This document shows, piece by piece, positions 49,081 through 60,626 of a stretch of 64,000 bases of DNA. The notes beneath the pieces are model-generated. The model was given only the letters and a program-made list of their open reading frames with translations, was not told the DNA's origin and did no database searches. The stretch covers positions 608,001-672,000 of the forward strand of contig CAVTQK010000021.1 of NCBI GenBank assembly GCA_963736855.1, read 5' to 3'. The stretch comes from an uncultured delta proteobacterium (GTDB lineage Bacteria > Desulfobacterota > Desulfobacteria > Desulfobacterales > UBA2156). A program made the position numbers and the translations under genes. Positions within the stretch are counted from its first letter, which is position 1. Each line of letters starts with the position of its first letter.

Positions 49081-49272
49081 GTTACCCTCCTCCTTTCCAT
49101 TTTTTAATTCTCAAAGTTTCAACCTGGAGGAGGCAACACCGAAAGTGTATTATTCCTTCAGAGCGAAACCGCCCTGCCAGACTATGGCAGGACTTTACTG
49201 ATTGAAATCCCTTTATCCTTTCCGAATGATGAAAGCAAGAAAATTGTCAATTGCCGGTTTTCAGGAATTTGC

Positions 49273-50373
49273 CTAATCGCCATAAATGCGCTTGCCCCAT
49301 CGAGTATCTGTAAAGTCGGCCAGATTGACCGATTCCTGTTTTACAAATCCGGTGCCCAGCGCTTGCCGGCTGAAAAGTTCGAGGATCGCTACCAGGCTTG
49401 CCGCAGTAGAAAGCTGGATGGCGGAAAATCGCTTTCCATCAATAAAATCCCCGTAAATTTTCTTGACGAAGTTGCGCTGATGGACTCCCTTTTCATCCTC
49501 ACCCACCACGTTGATATAAAGGATGACGACGTCGTTTTCCGTGGTAGGGACTTCCTGATCAAAAATTTGGGTGAGCAATTGTTTATTATCGATGAGGTTT
49601 AAATCGTAAAGCAAAAATTTCATGAGATCCCGGTGGCCGGGATACCGGATCGTCTTATAGTTCAGATCTCGGATCCTGCCCTCATAGGTCTCACACAGGG
49701 TGCCGACACCGCCTGAGGTGTAAAAAGCTTCATACTCGGTGCCGTCGAGTGTGAGACGTTCGATCCCCTCCAATGGTTTGGCTTTAAGGGGTTGTCCGTC
49801 GAACAAATGATCGCAAAGACGGCAATACTCATTGATCAAACCTGCGGTGTTCCAGCTTAAATAATATTTCATGGCATTGCTGGCATACAGGGGGAGCGCT
49901 CCAACCCTCAATTCTAGACTTCGAACCGAGTGGAGTTCCTGGGCAAGGCTTGCGCCGATAATATTGATCGCCCCGGGCGCAAGACCGCATTGAGGCATGA
50001 AGGGAATTTTCGCCCCTTTCGCAAGGTTGCGGATCGCTTCTGTAGTCTGCACATCTTCGGTCAGGTCAAAATAGGCTACCTCCTTTTTTGCGCACAACGC
50101 AGCGATTTCTTTGTTCAGATAAAACGGAGCGGCACTCACTATGGCGTCTTTGCCGTTGATAAATGAATCCAGTTTTGCAGCATCGGTGAAATTAAAAGAT
50201 GAAAAGTGATGCCGATCTCGGAATGCGTCCGGAAGATGGCTTCTGCTGTCCGCCAGGACCACCTCACGGCAAAATGGGCATGATTCCAGCATAACCGCAA
50301 TGGTTACTCCGACTTTTCCAGCACCTAAGATTCCGATCTTCAACGCTTTTTCCACTGTTTTTGCATCCTCCAA
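49273..50373 (-). CDS. Saccharopine dehydrogenase family (lysine 6-dehydrogenase-like)
   Basis: GAGKVG, YFDLTED, CGLAPG, GLINEY and YKTIRYPGH. Confidence 0.85.
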   Translation of the reverse strand: MEDAKTVEKALKIGILGAGKVGVTIAVMLESCPFCREVVLADSRSHLPDAFRDRHHFSSFNFTDAAKLDSFINGKDAIVSAAPFYLNKEIAALCAKKEVAYFDLTEDVQTTEAIRNLAKGAKIPFMPQCGLAPGAINIIGASLAQELHSVRSLELRVGALPLYASNAMKYYLSWNTAGLINEYCRLCDHLFDGQPLKAKPLEGIERLTLDGTEYEAFYTSGGVGTLCETYEGRIRDLNYKTIRYPGHRDLMKFLLYDLNLIDNKQLLTQIFDQEVPTTENDVVILYINVVGEDEKGVHQRNFVKKIYGDFIDGKRFSAIQLSTAASLVAILELFSRQALGTGFVKQESVNLADFTDTRWGKRIYGD

Positions 50374-50467
50374 TAGGAATATGAAAATAAGGCGATTTAT
50401 AAAAAGGATCGTTCAAGAAATCTGTGGAACCCTCTGTTGCTCATTGAAAATGGCGGGTTCCAAGCGG

Positions 50468-51853
50468 CTATGGAAAAATCTTTCCCGGATTCAAAATGCC
50501 GTTGGGATCAAAAAGGGCCTTGATACCCTGCATCCACTTCAGGCTTTCGCCGTGTTCGATTTCCATAAATGCGCGCTTCCCGATACCTACTCCGTGCTCC
50601 CCGGTGGCGGTACCACCACAGCTCAGGGCCCTCTCCACCATCCGACCGGCTATCCCCTCGATCCGCTTCCAGACCGCCGTATCCTCCTTTTTTCCCACAA
50701 GGTTCAGGTGCAGGTTCCCGTCTCCGGCATGGCTGAAGATGTACCCCGTCAAGCCGCTTTGCTCCATCTCCTTTTGGGCATGAATGATCATTTCCGGATA
50801 CGCCGATGCCGGCACCGCGACATCCACCACCAAAACCCGGCATCCGGGGTGTTTCCTTAGGATCATCTCTCCCAACTCATGCCGGGCTTGGAAAATCCGG
50901 TCGTGCTCCTCGCGCCCGATTCCCGGATAAAACGATACGCTTTTTACTTCCGCACAAATTTCCTGAGCCATATGTACCACGTGCAGGAGATATTCCCGGG
51001 AAGGCCCCTGAAATTCCATAAAAAGTGTAGGGAAAGTTTCAAGACCGAGATTCCGCTCCTGATTCATCAAGGGAATGCATTCGGATCCCATAAGCTCCAA
51101 GGCTGACGGGTCAAGCCCGGCGCGGATGATCTCGCAGACTCCTCTTCCTGCCGCTTCCAATGACGGGAAAGCGGCGATGGCGGCGGAAAGGGCTTCCGGG
51201 AGCCCTGCCAGGCGAACAGTGGCCTCCACTACCAGGCCCAGGGTTCCTTCAGACCCGACAAAAAGATGGAGAAGATCATACCCCGAGGAAGTTTTGGATG
51301 CGCGGGTCCCCGTCTTAATGAGTTCCCCGTTAGCCAGGGCAATGGCCATTTGCAGAATGCAGTCTTTTGTCGCCCCATACCGGATGGTGTGCGGACCGCT
51401 TGCGTTGTTGGCGATCATACCACCAATGGTGGCCCGCGCCCCGGGGTCGGGTGGAAAAAAGAGCCCCCTGAATTTGAGTTTTTCATTTAAATCCTGATAA
51501 ATGACCCCCGGCTCCACGTCGGCCTGAAAATCTGCCTCGCGAATGTCGAGAATCCGGTTCATCCGACAAAAATCGACGACCAGGCCCCCGTGAACCGGGA
51601 TGGGGTTGCCTTCCATGCTGGTTCCGGCCCCCCATGCGGTGACAGGAATCCGGTGTGTGTCGGCGAAGGCAAGGATCCGGCAAACTTCATCCCGGTTTAC
51701 CGGCCATATCACTGCATCCGGACGCTTAGGGGTATGAAAAGATTGATCCGCCGAGTGAAGATCCAGGTAGGATTCCCCTGTTGAAAACCGATCCGGTGCC
51801 ACCATGGATCGGAATGCATCCGTGTGATGGCGGTTCATGGAGGAAAAGTCCAA
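50468..51853 (-). CDS. FAD-linked oxidase (D-lactate dehydrogenase/GlcD-like)
   Basis: GAGTSMEG, PPDPGA, GSEGTLG, HAGDGNLH, GEHGVG and DP.GILNPGK. Confidence 0.9.
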   Translation of the reverse strand: MDFSSMNRHHTDAFRSMVAPDRFSTGESYLDLHSADQSFHTPKRPDAVIWPVNRDEVCRILAFADTHRIPVTAWGAGTSMEGNPIPVHGGLVVDFCRMNRILDIREADFQADVEPGVIYQDLNEKLKFRGLFFPPDPGARATIGGMIANNASGPHTIRYGATKDCILQMAIALANGELIKTGTRASKTSSGYDLLHLFVGSEGTLGLVVEATVRLAGLPEALSAAIAAFPSLEAAGRGVCEIIRAGLDPSALELMGSECIPLMNQERNLGLETFPTLFMEFQGPSREYLLHVVHMAQEICAEVKSVSFYPGIGREEHDRIFQARHELGEMILRKHPGCRVLVVDVAVPASAYPEMIIHAQKEMEQSGLTGYIFSHAGDGNLHLNLVGKKEDTAVWKRIEGIAGRMVERALSCGGTATGEHGVGIGKRAFMEIEHGESLKWMQGIKALFDPNGILNPGKIFP

Positions 51854-52012
51854 ATGCCGCTCCCGATGATAAAAACGTTTTTCTTAAAGATTTCAGAAGT
51901 TTTTACCGAGTCTTCGCTCAAAAGTCGCACCCGATGATATTTTTATCACAGCTTCGCTTTTTACCATCCGGCCTGACCCCAAGACAAGCTTTTCTAAGGG
52001 TACGGGATTCCG

Positions 52013-52041
52013 TTGACATCGGAATTCCTTTTTCCTATAAA
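52013..52041 (+). promoter_or_regulatory. Sigma-70-like promoter of the liv operon
   Basis: TTGACA-17 bp-TATAAA. Confidence 0.6.
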
Positions 52042-52118
52042 AAGTCTCGACAAAGTGAGGGTTCTGCATCGTGATGCACCTGACTATCGTATTAAACGCA
52101 TAAGAACAAGGAGGAGCC

Positions 52119-53358
52119 ATGAAAGTCACCAAAAATGGTCTTTGGGGAATCGTTGCGCTGGGGATTTGCGCGCTCGTTGTCGTTTCATCGATGTTTCTGC
52201 CCGCAAGCGCCCAGGCCCGCAACATTAAAGTCGGCATCATCGACTGTTACAGCGGCCCCGCTGCGGTCTACGGCAATGATGCGCTCAACGGCTTTAAAAT
52301 GGCCCTTGAAGAGATCAACAAGGAAGGCGTGCTGGGCGGCAAAATTGAGTTTACCACACGCGACACCAAATTCAAACCGGACATTGCATTGAACATGGCA
52401 AAGGAACTGGTGTTGAACGAAAAAGTCGACATCCTGGTCGGAACCATCAACAGCGCTGCGGCCCTGGCCGTGTCCAAGACCATCGCCAAAGAAGAAAAGA
52501 TCCCCTTCATCGTATGGATTTCCAAGGACGAGAAGATCACCGGCGCCGAAGGACACCGCTACGTCTTCTCCACGGCGGAAAATACGGCCATGGCCGGCAA
52601 AGCCGGCGGTGTGGGCCTGGCCAAGAAGCCTTATAAAAAATACTGGATTGCCGGTGAAGACTACGCATACGGCCATGCCATTGCGAATTCAGTCTGGAAA
52701 AATCTGAAGGCCCTGAAACCTGAAGTTGAAAATATCGGGGAGTCCTGGTGGAAAATAGGAGAGCCCGAATCTAGTTCCTTATCTCACCTCCATCATGGGG
52801 GCCAAACCGGATGCGGTCATTTTCTGCACGGGTGGATCAGGTATGACGAATGCCATGAAAGCGCTCAAGGCAACCGGAATGGCAGCGAAAATCCCATCAT
52901 GGTTTCATACGGCCATCGATCACTCGGTTTTAAAACCACTGGCAGCAGAGGCTCCGGAAGGTGTCATGGGGACTATCCAATATCTTTTCTATCACCCTGA
53001 AACACCTGAAAATAAAGCTTTTGTAGACTCTTTCCAGAAAGCCTACGGAAATCCGCCGGGATTCCCAGCCTTCAATGCGTATCTGACCGCCCAGTTCATC
53101 GCGCAAGGGTTCAAGAAAGCCGGCGCCATCGACCGGGAGAAATTCATCGACGCCCTGGAAGGTCTGAAGGTGAAAAACCCTGTCGGTGGATTGGTGGAAA
53201 TGCGCGCGTGCGATCACCAGGCGGTTTATCCCATGTATTTCGGAGTCACGAAAAAAGATCCGAAGAATAACTTCGTCATCGCAAGCGACATCTCGGCTCT
53301 AACAGGCGAAGAAGTCATGCCGACCTGCGATGAGATCCAAAAAGCCCGTGGCAAGTAA
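52119..53358 (+). CDS. Branched-chain amino-acid-type ABC substrate-binding protein, +1 frameshift near 52768
   Basis: EEINKEGVLG and DYAYGH in the first frame; KPDAV..MRACDHQ in the +1 frame. Confidence 0.85.
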
Positions 53359-53464
53359 AGGCTATCCGAAACCAACCGGTACGCCGGCTTTTTCAGTAGC
53401 GTTTTTAGGCCTGCGTACCGGTTATCCATTTAAACCACCCCTCGGCATGCAGGGTTGATGGGAT

Positions 53465-54361
53465 ATGGAAGCTTCGCAAGCGGCATTCCTGTCCGCCATC
53501 GGAAACCATTTTTTGGTCGGCATCAGCCGGGCCATGATCCTCTTCGTGGTTTCCGCGGGATTGAGTTTCATACTGGGCGTTCTGAGAGTACCCAATGTGG
53601 CCCATGGGTCTTTATACATGATCGGCGCTTTTGTCGCCCACGGCCTGACGACTTTTTTCGGAGGTGGTTCCACCGGCTTCTGGTTTGCTCTCCTGCTTTC
53701 TCCGTTGGTGGTAGCACTCATCAGCCTGGTGGCGGAGCGCGCTCTTTTCTGCCACCTCTACGAACGGGAACATTTAATGCTCCTGCTGTTTACCTTTGCC
53801 CTTATGCTCATCCTGGGGGATCTGGTTAAAATTTTCTGGGGCGCAGATTACCGGTCCGTGACAGCCCCGAAACTGCTCCAGGGTTTTATAACGGTCTTCA
53901 GTTCGCCCATTCCCAAGTATAACCTTTTCCTTTTGGTGATGGGTCCGATTATCGCTGTGGCGCTCTATCTCTTTTCAAACAAGACCCGCCTCGGCAAGAT
54001 CGCCCGCGCCGCCGCCGCCGACCGGGAAATGGTCAGCGCCATCGGCATCAATGTGAGCTGGGTCTTTGCTTTTGCCTTTATTTTGGGATGTTCTCTCGCG
54101 GGCCTCGGAGGAGCGCTGGTCTCTCCCACCGTGAGCGTCACCCTCGGTATGGACCATGACATCATCATTGAAACCTTTCTCATCGTGACTATCGGCGGCC
54201 TTGGAAACATGTGGGGGGCCATGGCGGGATCCCTCATCTTCGGCCTCACCCAATCCTTTGGAGTATTGTTTTTACCGCAGTTTGCCATTGTGTTCCCCTA
54301 CATTGCGGTGGTCATCGTATTGATCTGGAAACCTCGTGGGATGCTCAAGTCGGTCTGGTAG
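53465..54361 (+). CDS. livH: LivH-like permease
   Basis: GLSFILGVL..NVAHG, IGGLG and P.G motifs. Confidence 0.88.
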   Translation: MEASQAAFLSAIGNHFLVGISRAMILFVVSAGLSFILGVLRVPNVAHGSLYMIGAFVAHGLTTFFGGGSTGFWFALLLSPLVVALISLVAERALFCHLYEREHLMLLLFTFALMLILGDLVKIFWGADYRSVTAPKLLQGFITVFSSPIPKYNLFLLVMGPIIAVALYLFSNKTRLGKIARAAAADREMVSAIGINVSWVFAFAFILGCSLAGLGGALVSPTVSVTLGMDHDIIIETFLIVTIGGLGNMWGAMAGSLIFGLTQSFGVLFLPQFAIVFPYIAVVIVLIWKPRGMLKSVW

Positions 54362-54372
54362 GAGTCCAAGAA

Positions 54373-55338
54373 ATGCGCGCCATCGATTTCCAGAAAGGGA
54401 GAACCCCGATATTCAACAGCATCCTATTGGCTCTTTTGATACTTGCGCCTGCATTTTTACCCGCATTTTATATCTACATCTTCTCCGTGATCTTTGTCAC
54501 CGCCATCCTGGCCGTGAGCCTCAACCTGGTTGTGGGGCACGGAGGGTTGTATCAATTTCATCACGGGGTCTTTTACGGCATCGGCGCCTATACTTTGGCC
54601 CTGATTCTGACCAAAACCGGCCTTCCGCCCTGGGTCGGATTCATCGCCGGTCCCGTATGCGCCGCTCTCGCCGGCTGGCTTATCGGTTTGTTTTGCGTTC
54701 GGCTGAGCCGCCTGTACTTCGGTATGCTCCAGATCTCATTGGGATCCCTGATCTGGGCCGTGACCTTTCGTTGGTACGCCTTGACCGGCGGGGATGACGG
54801 CATCCACGGCATAAAGCTTCCCGGCATCCTTTCGGGCATCACCCGATCGTACTATGTGATCCTCATCGTCTTGTCGGTCTGCCTGATTGCGCTTTACAGG
54901 ATCTATAAGTCTCCATTCGGAATCACTCTCCGGGCGATCCGAGACAACCCGGAGCGATGCGCCGCCGTCGGCATCAACGTGAGGCGGCATCAACTTTTTG
55001 CCATCGTCATCGCAACCTTCTTTGCCGGAGTAGCCGGTGTCTTCTTCGTCGTGGTCGAACGGTCTGTTTTTCCGGATTTGATGTTTTGGGTGCTGTCTCT
55101 GGAAATCATGATCATGTGTCTTTTAGGTGGATGGTTTACTTTCTCCGGACCGATTTTGGGAGCAGCGATCATGGTTTCTTTGAGGACCTTCGCAGGTGTC
55201 TACACGGAATACTGGACCCTGATCCTGGGTGTTATTCTGATCCTATTGATCTTTTTTCTTCCCGAAGGTGTGATGGGATTTATCGCGCTGAAGCTTAAGC
55301 GCAGGGAACTCCTTCTGGAAGCCAAACAGGACATCTGA
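54373..55338 (+). CDS. livM: LivM-like permease
   Basis: SLNLVVG, TGGDDG, SPFG..LRAIRDN and PEGVMG. Confidence 0.88.
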   Translation: MRAIDFQKGRTPIFNSILLALLILAPAFLPAFYIYIFSVIFVTAILAVSLNLVVGHGGLYQFHHGVFYGIGAYTLALILTKTGLPPWVGFIAGPVCAALAGWLIGLFCVRLSRLYFGMLQISLGSLIWAVTFRWYALTGGDDGIHGIKLPGILSGITRSYYVILIVLSVCLIALYRIYKSPFGITLRAIRDNPERCAAVGINVRRHQLFAIVIATFFAGVAGVFFVVVERSVFPDLMFWVLSLEIMIMCLLGGWFTFSGPILGAAIMVSLRTFAGVYTEYWTLILGVILILLIFFLPEGVMGFIALKLKRRELLLEAKQDI

Positions 55339-56073
55339 ATGCTTCGGGTTGAAAATGCACAAAAAGATTTCGACGGGTTCAAGGCGGTCAACGGGGCTAG
55401 CCTGTCCGTAGAAAAAGGGGAAATCGTGGCGGTCATCGGGCCCAACGGTGCCGGTAAAACGACCCTTTTCAATCTGATCACCGGTCAACTCAAACCCAAC
55501 GGAGGAACCATCACCTTTCTCGGAGAGGATATCACATCGATGCCGTCCCACCGCATCTGTAAAAAAGGGATCGCCCGATCTTTCCAGATCGCCAATATTT
55601 TCCACCGGCTGTCGGTTTTCAGAAACGTCCAGGTCTCCGTGCTTTCCCAAAAAAACCGAAATCTGAACCTGTTTCTTTCCTCCGACTCCTTTTTCGTCAA
55701 GGAAACGCAATCCATCCTGGAAAATGCAGGACTCGCAGACAAGCATCAGGAGATTGCAGGATCCCTATCCCATGGCGATCGTCGATTGCTTGAGATCGCC
55801 ATCGCGCTGGGAAATGAACCCCGGTTGTTGATATTGGATGAACCCACAGCAGGGATGTCGCCGGAGGAAACCGCCACCACAATATCCCTGATCAAGCGCC
55901 TTGCCGAGACTCGGGGTCTGACCATTCTCTTTTGCGAACACGACATGGATGTGGTTTTCGGCGTCTCCCACAGGATCATGGTGATGGAACAGGGCCGGAC
56001 TCTGGTTCAAGGAAAGCCTGAAGAAGTCAAAAACAATTTGGAAGTCCAGCGGGCTTACCTGGGAACCGAATGA
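55339..56073 (+). CDS. livG: LivG-like ATPase
   Basis: GPNGAGKTT, GIARSFQ, DEPTAGM, EHDM and AYLG. Confidence 0.9.
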   Translation: MLRVENAQKDFDGFKAVNGASLSVEKGEIVAVIGPNGAGKTTLFNLITGQLKPNGGTITFLGEDITSMPSHRICKKGIARSFQIANIFHRLSVFRNVQVSVLSQKNRNLNLFLSSDSFFVKETQSILENAGLADKHQEIAGSLSHGDRRLLEIAIALGNEPRLLILDEPTAGMSPEETATTISLIKRLAETRGLTILFCEHDMDVVFGVSHRIMVMEQGRTLVQGKPEEVKNNLEVQRAYLGTE

Positions 56074-56768
56074 TGCTTGAACTGCATAATATCCACACTT
56101 TTTACGGGTTAAGTCATATCCTTTTCGATGTCAGTTTCACGGTCAATCGCGGCCAGGTTGTATGCCTCCTGGGTCGAAACGGCGCCGGCAAGACCACCAC
56201 CCTGAAAAGCATCATGGGACTGACTCCTCCGCGAATGGGGAAAATCCTTTTCAAAGGAGAGGTCATCTCCGGAAGACCGCCTTACATCTTGTGCCGGAAA
56301 GGGATCGGCTACGTACCCGATGACCGGCGCATCTTTGCCGATCTCACCGTTTTCGAAAACCTGGAGATTGCCTCACGCAAACGGAAAGAGTGGGAATATT
56401 GGGACATTCAGCACGTCTTTGATCTTTTTCCATCTTTACGGAAATATTCGACCCGAAAGGGGGGGTTATTGAGCGGGGGCGAGCAGAAAATGCTGGCCAT
56501 CGCCCGGGCCCTGGTGGGAAACCCGGAATGCCTCCTACTTGACGAACCCACAGAGGGGCTGGCCCCGAGCATGGTCCAGATCTTCAGAGATCGGATCCGA
56601 CTCTTGAAGGAATCCGGATTGACCGTCCTTCTGGCCGAACAAAATGTGAAGTTCACCTTGAGTCTCAGCGAATATGGGTATATCATCGACGACGGCAGAA
56701 TTTATTATCAGGGAACCGTCGCCGAAATTCGGGAAAATGAAGACATCCGTAAGGTTTGCGGTATTTAA
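56070..56768 (+). CDS. livF: LivF-like ATPase
   Basis: GRNGAGKTT, LSGGEQ, DEPTEGLAP and EQN. Confidence 0.9.
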   Translation: MMLELHNIHTFYGLSHILFDVSFTVNRGQVVCLLGRNGAGKTTTLKSIMGLTPPRMGKILFKGEVISGRPPYILCRKGIGYVPDDRRIFADLTVFENLEIASRKRKEWEYWDIQHVFDLFPSLRKYSTRKGGLLSGGEQKMLAIARALVGNPECLLLDEPTEGLAPSMVQIFRDRIRLLKESGLTVLLAEQNVKFTLSLSEYGYIIDDGRIYYQGTVAEIRENEDIRKVCGI

Positions 56769-56794
56769 GTATAAACTATAAAAGGAAAGTATCC

Positions 56795-57154
56795 ATGAAT
56801 TTTTTTCAGATTAAAGGGATTCCGACAACCGATCTGGCTGAAGGGGTGTCGATCCGGCTGGTTCCGGCAGACAGGATGAGCCTGGTCTTTTTCTACCTTT
56901 CCCCCGGCGCCCGGATACCGGAGCATGCACACTTCCATGAACAGATGGGAATGGTCCTGAAAGGATCCATCCTTTTGACCATCGGAGACGAAGAAAGGAC
57001 CGTTTTGCCTGGTATCGCCTATCGGGTCCCGCCTGACGTCTTGCACAGCGGACGTTGCCTTGAAGAGGGTGCGGAAGTGATAGAGGTTTTTTCTCCTCCC
57101 CGAAAAGACTTGTTGGAAAAGATCGGAGGCATCACCCTCGGAGGCTGCACATGA
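56795..57154 (+). CDS. Cupin-domain protein
   Basis: PEHAH.HEQ..G, P.DVLH and FSPPR.D. Confidence 0.88.
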   Translation: MNFFQIKGIPTTDLAEGVSIRLVPADRMSLVFFYLSPGARIPEHAHFHEQMGMVLKGSILLTIGDEERTVLPGIAYRVPPDVLHSGRCLEEGAEVIEVFSPPRKDLLEKIGGITLGGCT

Positions 57155-57765
57155 AAAATTTATTGTATAAAATGATCATCAATAGCGCCACCGATTACTG
57201 CTATCAAAATTGTTTAGAATACGTTCGTGACAAAGCGTCCATCCTGGATGTGGGTATCGGAAACGGCGTGATGATGGACCATTTTCACAGACTCATCAAG
57301 GACAAGGGACTCCATATCACCGGCATCGACATCAACAAAAACTACCTGCAGCACTGCGCCAGCAACATTCAGCAATTCGATCTTGAAAATCACGTGACGA
57401 TTCACTGCCAGCCGGTAGAAACATTCGATCCTCCCCAAGAGACCCGCTTCGATTACATTTTTTTCACCATGAGCTTCATGCTTTTCAAAAATCAGAATCT
57501 GGTGCTGGATCGGGTTCATGAGTGGCTCAAACCCAACGGCGAAATCCTTTTCTTTCAAACCGTTTTCACGGGAAAGGTCCCGCTTATCGAATTTATCAAG
57601 CCGAAGCTTAAATTTGTCACCACTATCGATTTCGGAAAGGTGACTTATGAGGATCAGTTTTTAGGCTTATTGCAGTCCAAAAACCTCAGTGTCACGGAAA
57701 ACCGCTTGATTAAAAGAGAATGGTTCAAAGGCGAATACCGCATGACCGTCGCCTCTTTTTCATAA
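57151..57765 (+). CDS. Class I SAM-dependent methyltransferase
   Basis: [18 protein letters not shown] and LKPNG. Confidence 0.88.
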   Translation: MKNLLYKMIINSATDYCYQNCLEYVRDKASILDVGIGNGVMMDHFHRLIKDKGLHITGIDINKNYLQHCASNIQQFDLENHVTIHCQPVETFDPPQETRFDYIFFTMSFMLFKNQNLVLDRVHEWLKPNGEILFFQTVFTGKVPLIEFIKPKLKFVTTIDFGKVTYEDQFLGLLQSKNLSVTENRLIKREWFKGEYRMTVASFS

Positions 57766-57811
57766 ACGCTCACACCCAAAAACAAGGGAAAACCACGGAG
57801 GGAAAAAACAA

Positions 57812-58522
57812 ATGTCTAAAACTGAAGCATCGAGCTGGATGACCCGGCGTCATTTCCTCAAAACAGCCTCCGGCGCGGCCTGCATGATTCTGATGGGAGA
57901 TCTTTTCCATCACGTTTTCGCCGCAGATGTTTTTACTCTGCCACCCCTTCCCTACCCTGAAAACGCCCTGGAGCCGGTCATTTCCGCTAAAACTCTGAGC
58001 ATCCATTACGGTCGGCACCACCAGGGATACCTCAACAATTTAAACAAGCTGGTCGTCGGCAAGCCCTATGCCGAAATGGCCCTGGAAAAAATCGTGCTGA
58101 CAACCGCGGAAAAGCACGGCGAGCAACTATTTTTCAACAACGCCGCCCAGGCCTGGAACCACGACTTCTATTGGAAAAGCCTCAAGCCTGACGGCGGCGG
58201 AGATCCCCCCGACGCCTTGAAACAGAGAATACAAAGATCTTTCGGAAGTATCGAGGCCTGCAAAAAACAACTTGCCGAGGCAGCCATTTCTCAGTTTGGA
58301 AGCGGATGGGCATGGCTGGTATCGGACGGAAATGCCCTCAAGGTCGTTAATACCGCCAATGCCGAAACACCTCTGACCGCAGGACTGAAACCGCTTCTGA
58401 CCATAGACGTCTGGGAACATGCATACTATCTCGATTACCAGAATCGGCGCGCAGACTACGTCCAGGCCGTTATCGAAAAGAGGATCAACTGGGGTTTTGC
58501 AATGCAGAATTTGAAAATTTAG
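57812..58522 (+). CDS. sodB: Fe/Mn superoxide dismutase with Tat signal peptide
   Basis: [39 protein letters not shown] and DVWEHAYY. Confidence 0.93.
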   Translation: MSKTEASSWMTRRHFLKTASGAACMILMGDLFHHVFAADVFTLPPLPYPENALEPVISAKTLSIHYGRHHQGYLNNLNKLVVGKPYAEMALEKIVLTTAEKHGEQLFFNNAAQAWNHDFYWKSLKPDGGGDPPDALKQRIQRSFGSIEACKKQLAEAAISQFGSGWAWLVSDGNALKVVNTANAETPLTAGLKPLLTIDVWEHAYYLDYQNRRADYVQAVIEKRINWGFAMQNLKI

Positions 58523-58678
58523 AAGCCTTTCCACCTATTGCAATTCAACGATGATAAGCGCATATCCGAGCTGCAGGTAACCCATTGATCCGGAATTCCC
58601 CGAGCGGACATCCCCGCCTCAGATCATGGTTTTTTCCTGTCCGGATGCTTTCCGAATCGCTTTTCCCCATGCCCTGAA

Positions 58679-59894
58679 ATGCTTTCCACGATCATTTTCA
58701 TCCTGACCTATATCGGCGTCGCGATCGGGCGGGTTCCGGGCCTGGTCATTGATCGTGTCGGAATCGCCCTTCTGGGTGCCATCGCCATGGTGGTTTTCGG
58801 CATTGTCACCATGGAGAACGCCGTCGCTGCCGTTGATTTCCCGACGATCCTCCTCCTTTACGCCCTGATGGTCGTATCCGCCCAGCTCCGATTGGGAGGA
58901 TTTTATACCTGGACCGTCTCCAAGGTCTTAAATCTGCTCCCCCGCCCCCGATTGTTTTTGCTGGTGAGCATGATCGTGAGCGCCCTTTTATCGGCGGTTT
59001 TGGCCAACGACATCATCTGTTTTGCCTTCACCCCGGTTCTGGCTCTTTCCCTGAATCGGGCGGGACTCAACCCCATGCCCTTTTTGATCGGGCTTGCGGT
59101 CTCCAGCAACATCGGCTCCGCGGCCACCCTGATCGGGAATCCCCAGAATATGCTGATAGGTCAGGTCGGAAAGCTTCACTTCGCACAATTCTTTCTCTGG
59201 TGCGCCCCTCCCTCCATCATCAGTCTTTTGGGAAGTTACCTGATCCTCTTGGCGTTCTATCGAAAAAAGATGAACTTGCATCAACCGGTTGCATCCCAGG
59301 TGGCGGAAGAGGCATGGCCGGTGTTTCAATATTTGGTGGACAACTAAGGGGCTTGTTTCCATCGGAATTCTTGTAATTCTCTTCTTGACTCCGATCCCGA
59401 GAGAGATATCGGCCATGGCTGTTTCAGGGGTCTTGCTATGCAGCAGGAAGTTGAAAACCCGATCCATTTTGGGACTCATCGATTGGCATTTGATCATCCT
59501 GTTTTGCGCCCTGTTTATCGTCATCGAAGGGATTTCAAATGGCAATTATCCGAAGCTGGTGATAGAGTATTTGAAATCGAGCGGGATCGACCTGCATAAC
59601 CTTTATATCCTGGCCGGCGTCTCCGCGGTGTTGAGCAATCTAGTAAGCAACGTTCCGGCAACGATGCTCCTGCTTCCGTTTTTGGATCCGACAAACCCGG
59701 TGGAATGGTATTCACTGGCCGTTTCCAGCACCTTTGCCGGAAACCTGATCCTCATCGGGAGCATCGCCAATCTCATTGTGGCGGAACGGGCCTCTCCATA
59801 CGGCATTGCGATGACCTTCAAGGAACATGCTGTCGTCGGGATTCCCATAACGATATTCTCCCTGATGGTCTTGTTCCTATGGACCTGGGTATAG
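58679..59894 (+). CDS. ArsB/NhaD-type anion permease, +1 frameshift near 59325
   Basis: DR.GIALLG, SNIGSAATLIGNPQN; then SNLVSNVPA and AGNL..GSIAN in the +1 frame. Confidence 0.85.
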
Positions 59895-59909
59895 GGTAAA
59901 GGAGACCTC

Positions 59910-60626
59910 GTGCATCTTGATCGTGTCGTTTTTCATCCGGATCGCTACCCGACTGACTGCCATTATCCCTTCAACCTCCCCTTATTTCATCAGACCCGGG
60001 AAATTGTTTTCGATTCTCCCATTACTCTCTTCGTGGGTGAAAACGGATCGGGCAAATCCACTCTTCTGGAAGCCCTCGCCCATCAATGCGGCATCTATAT
60101 CTGGAGAAGAGAAATCGGAAGGCGCTTTGAAAACAATCCCTTCGAAGACAAGCTCTGCCGGTACATTTCGGTCAAATGGGCAGACGGCCGGGTTCCGGGA
60201 TCCTTTTTCGGGTCATCCGTGTTCCAGGATTTCGCACAATTTTTAGAGGAGTGGGCGACTGTGGACGCCGGGCAGCTCGAATATTTCGGGGGAAAATCCT
60301 TGATCACGCAATCTCACGGACAATCCATCATGTCTTATTTTAAATCCCGGTATCGGATTAAAGGGCTATATCTCCTGGACGAGCCGGAAACAGCCCTTTC
60401 CCCCGCCACCCAACTCGAGCTTTTAAAATTATTGACAAAAGAGGGAAAAGCGGGACACGCTCAGTTTATCATCGCCACTCATTCCCCGATCCTGTTAGCC
60501 TGCCCCGAGGCATCCATTTACAGCTTTGACCATATCCCGGTAACCGCCGTGAAGTACGAGGAAACGATGCATTATCGAATCTATAAGGCCTTCATGAATG
60601 ATCCGCATGGATATATCACCGATTGA
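59910..60626 (+). CDS. AAA/ABC-type ATPase (COG3910-like)
   Basis: GENGSGKS, QSHG, LLDEPE.ALSP and ATHSP. Confidence 0.88.
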   Translation: MHLDRVVFHPDRYPTDCHYPFNLPLFHQTREIVFDSPITLFVGENGSGKSTLLEALAHQCGIYIWRREIGRRFENNPFEDKLCRYISVKWADGRVPGSFFGSSVFQDFAQFLEEWATVDAGQLEYFGGKSLITQSHGQSIMSYFKSRYRIKGLYLLDEPETALSPATQLELLKLLTKEGKAGHAQFIIATHSPILLACPEASIYSFDHIPVTAVKYEETMHYRIYKAFMNDPHGYITD

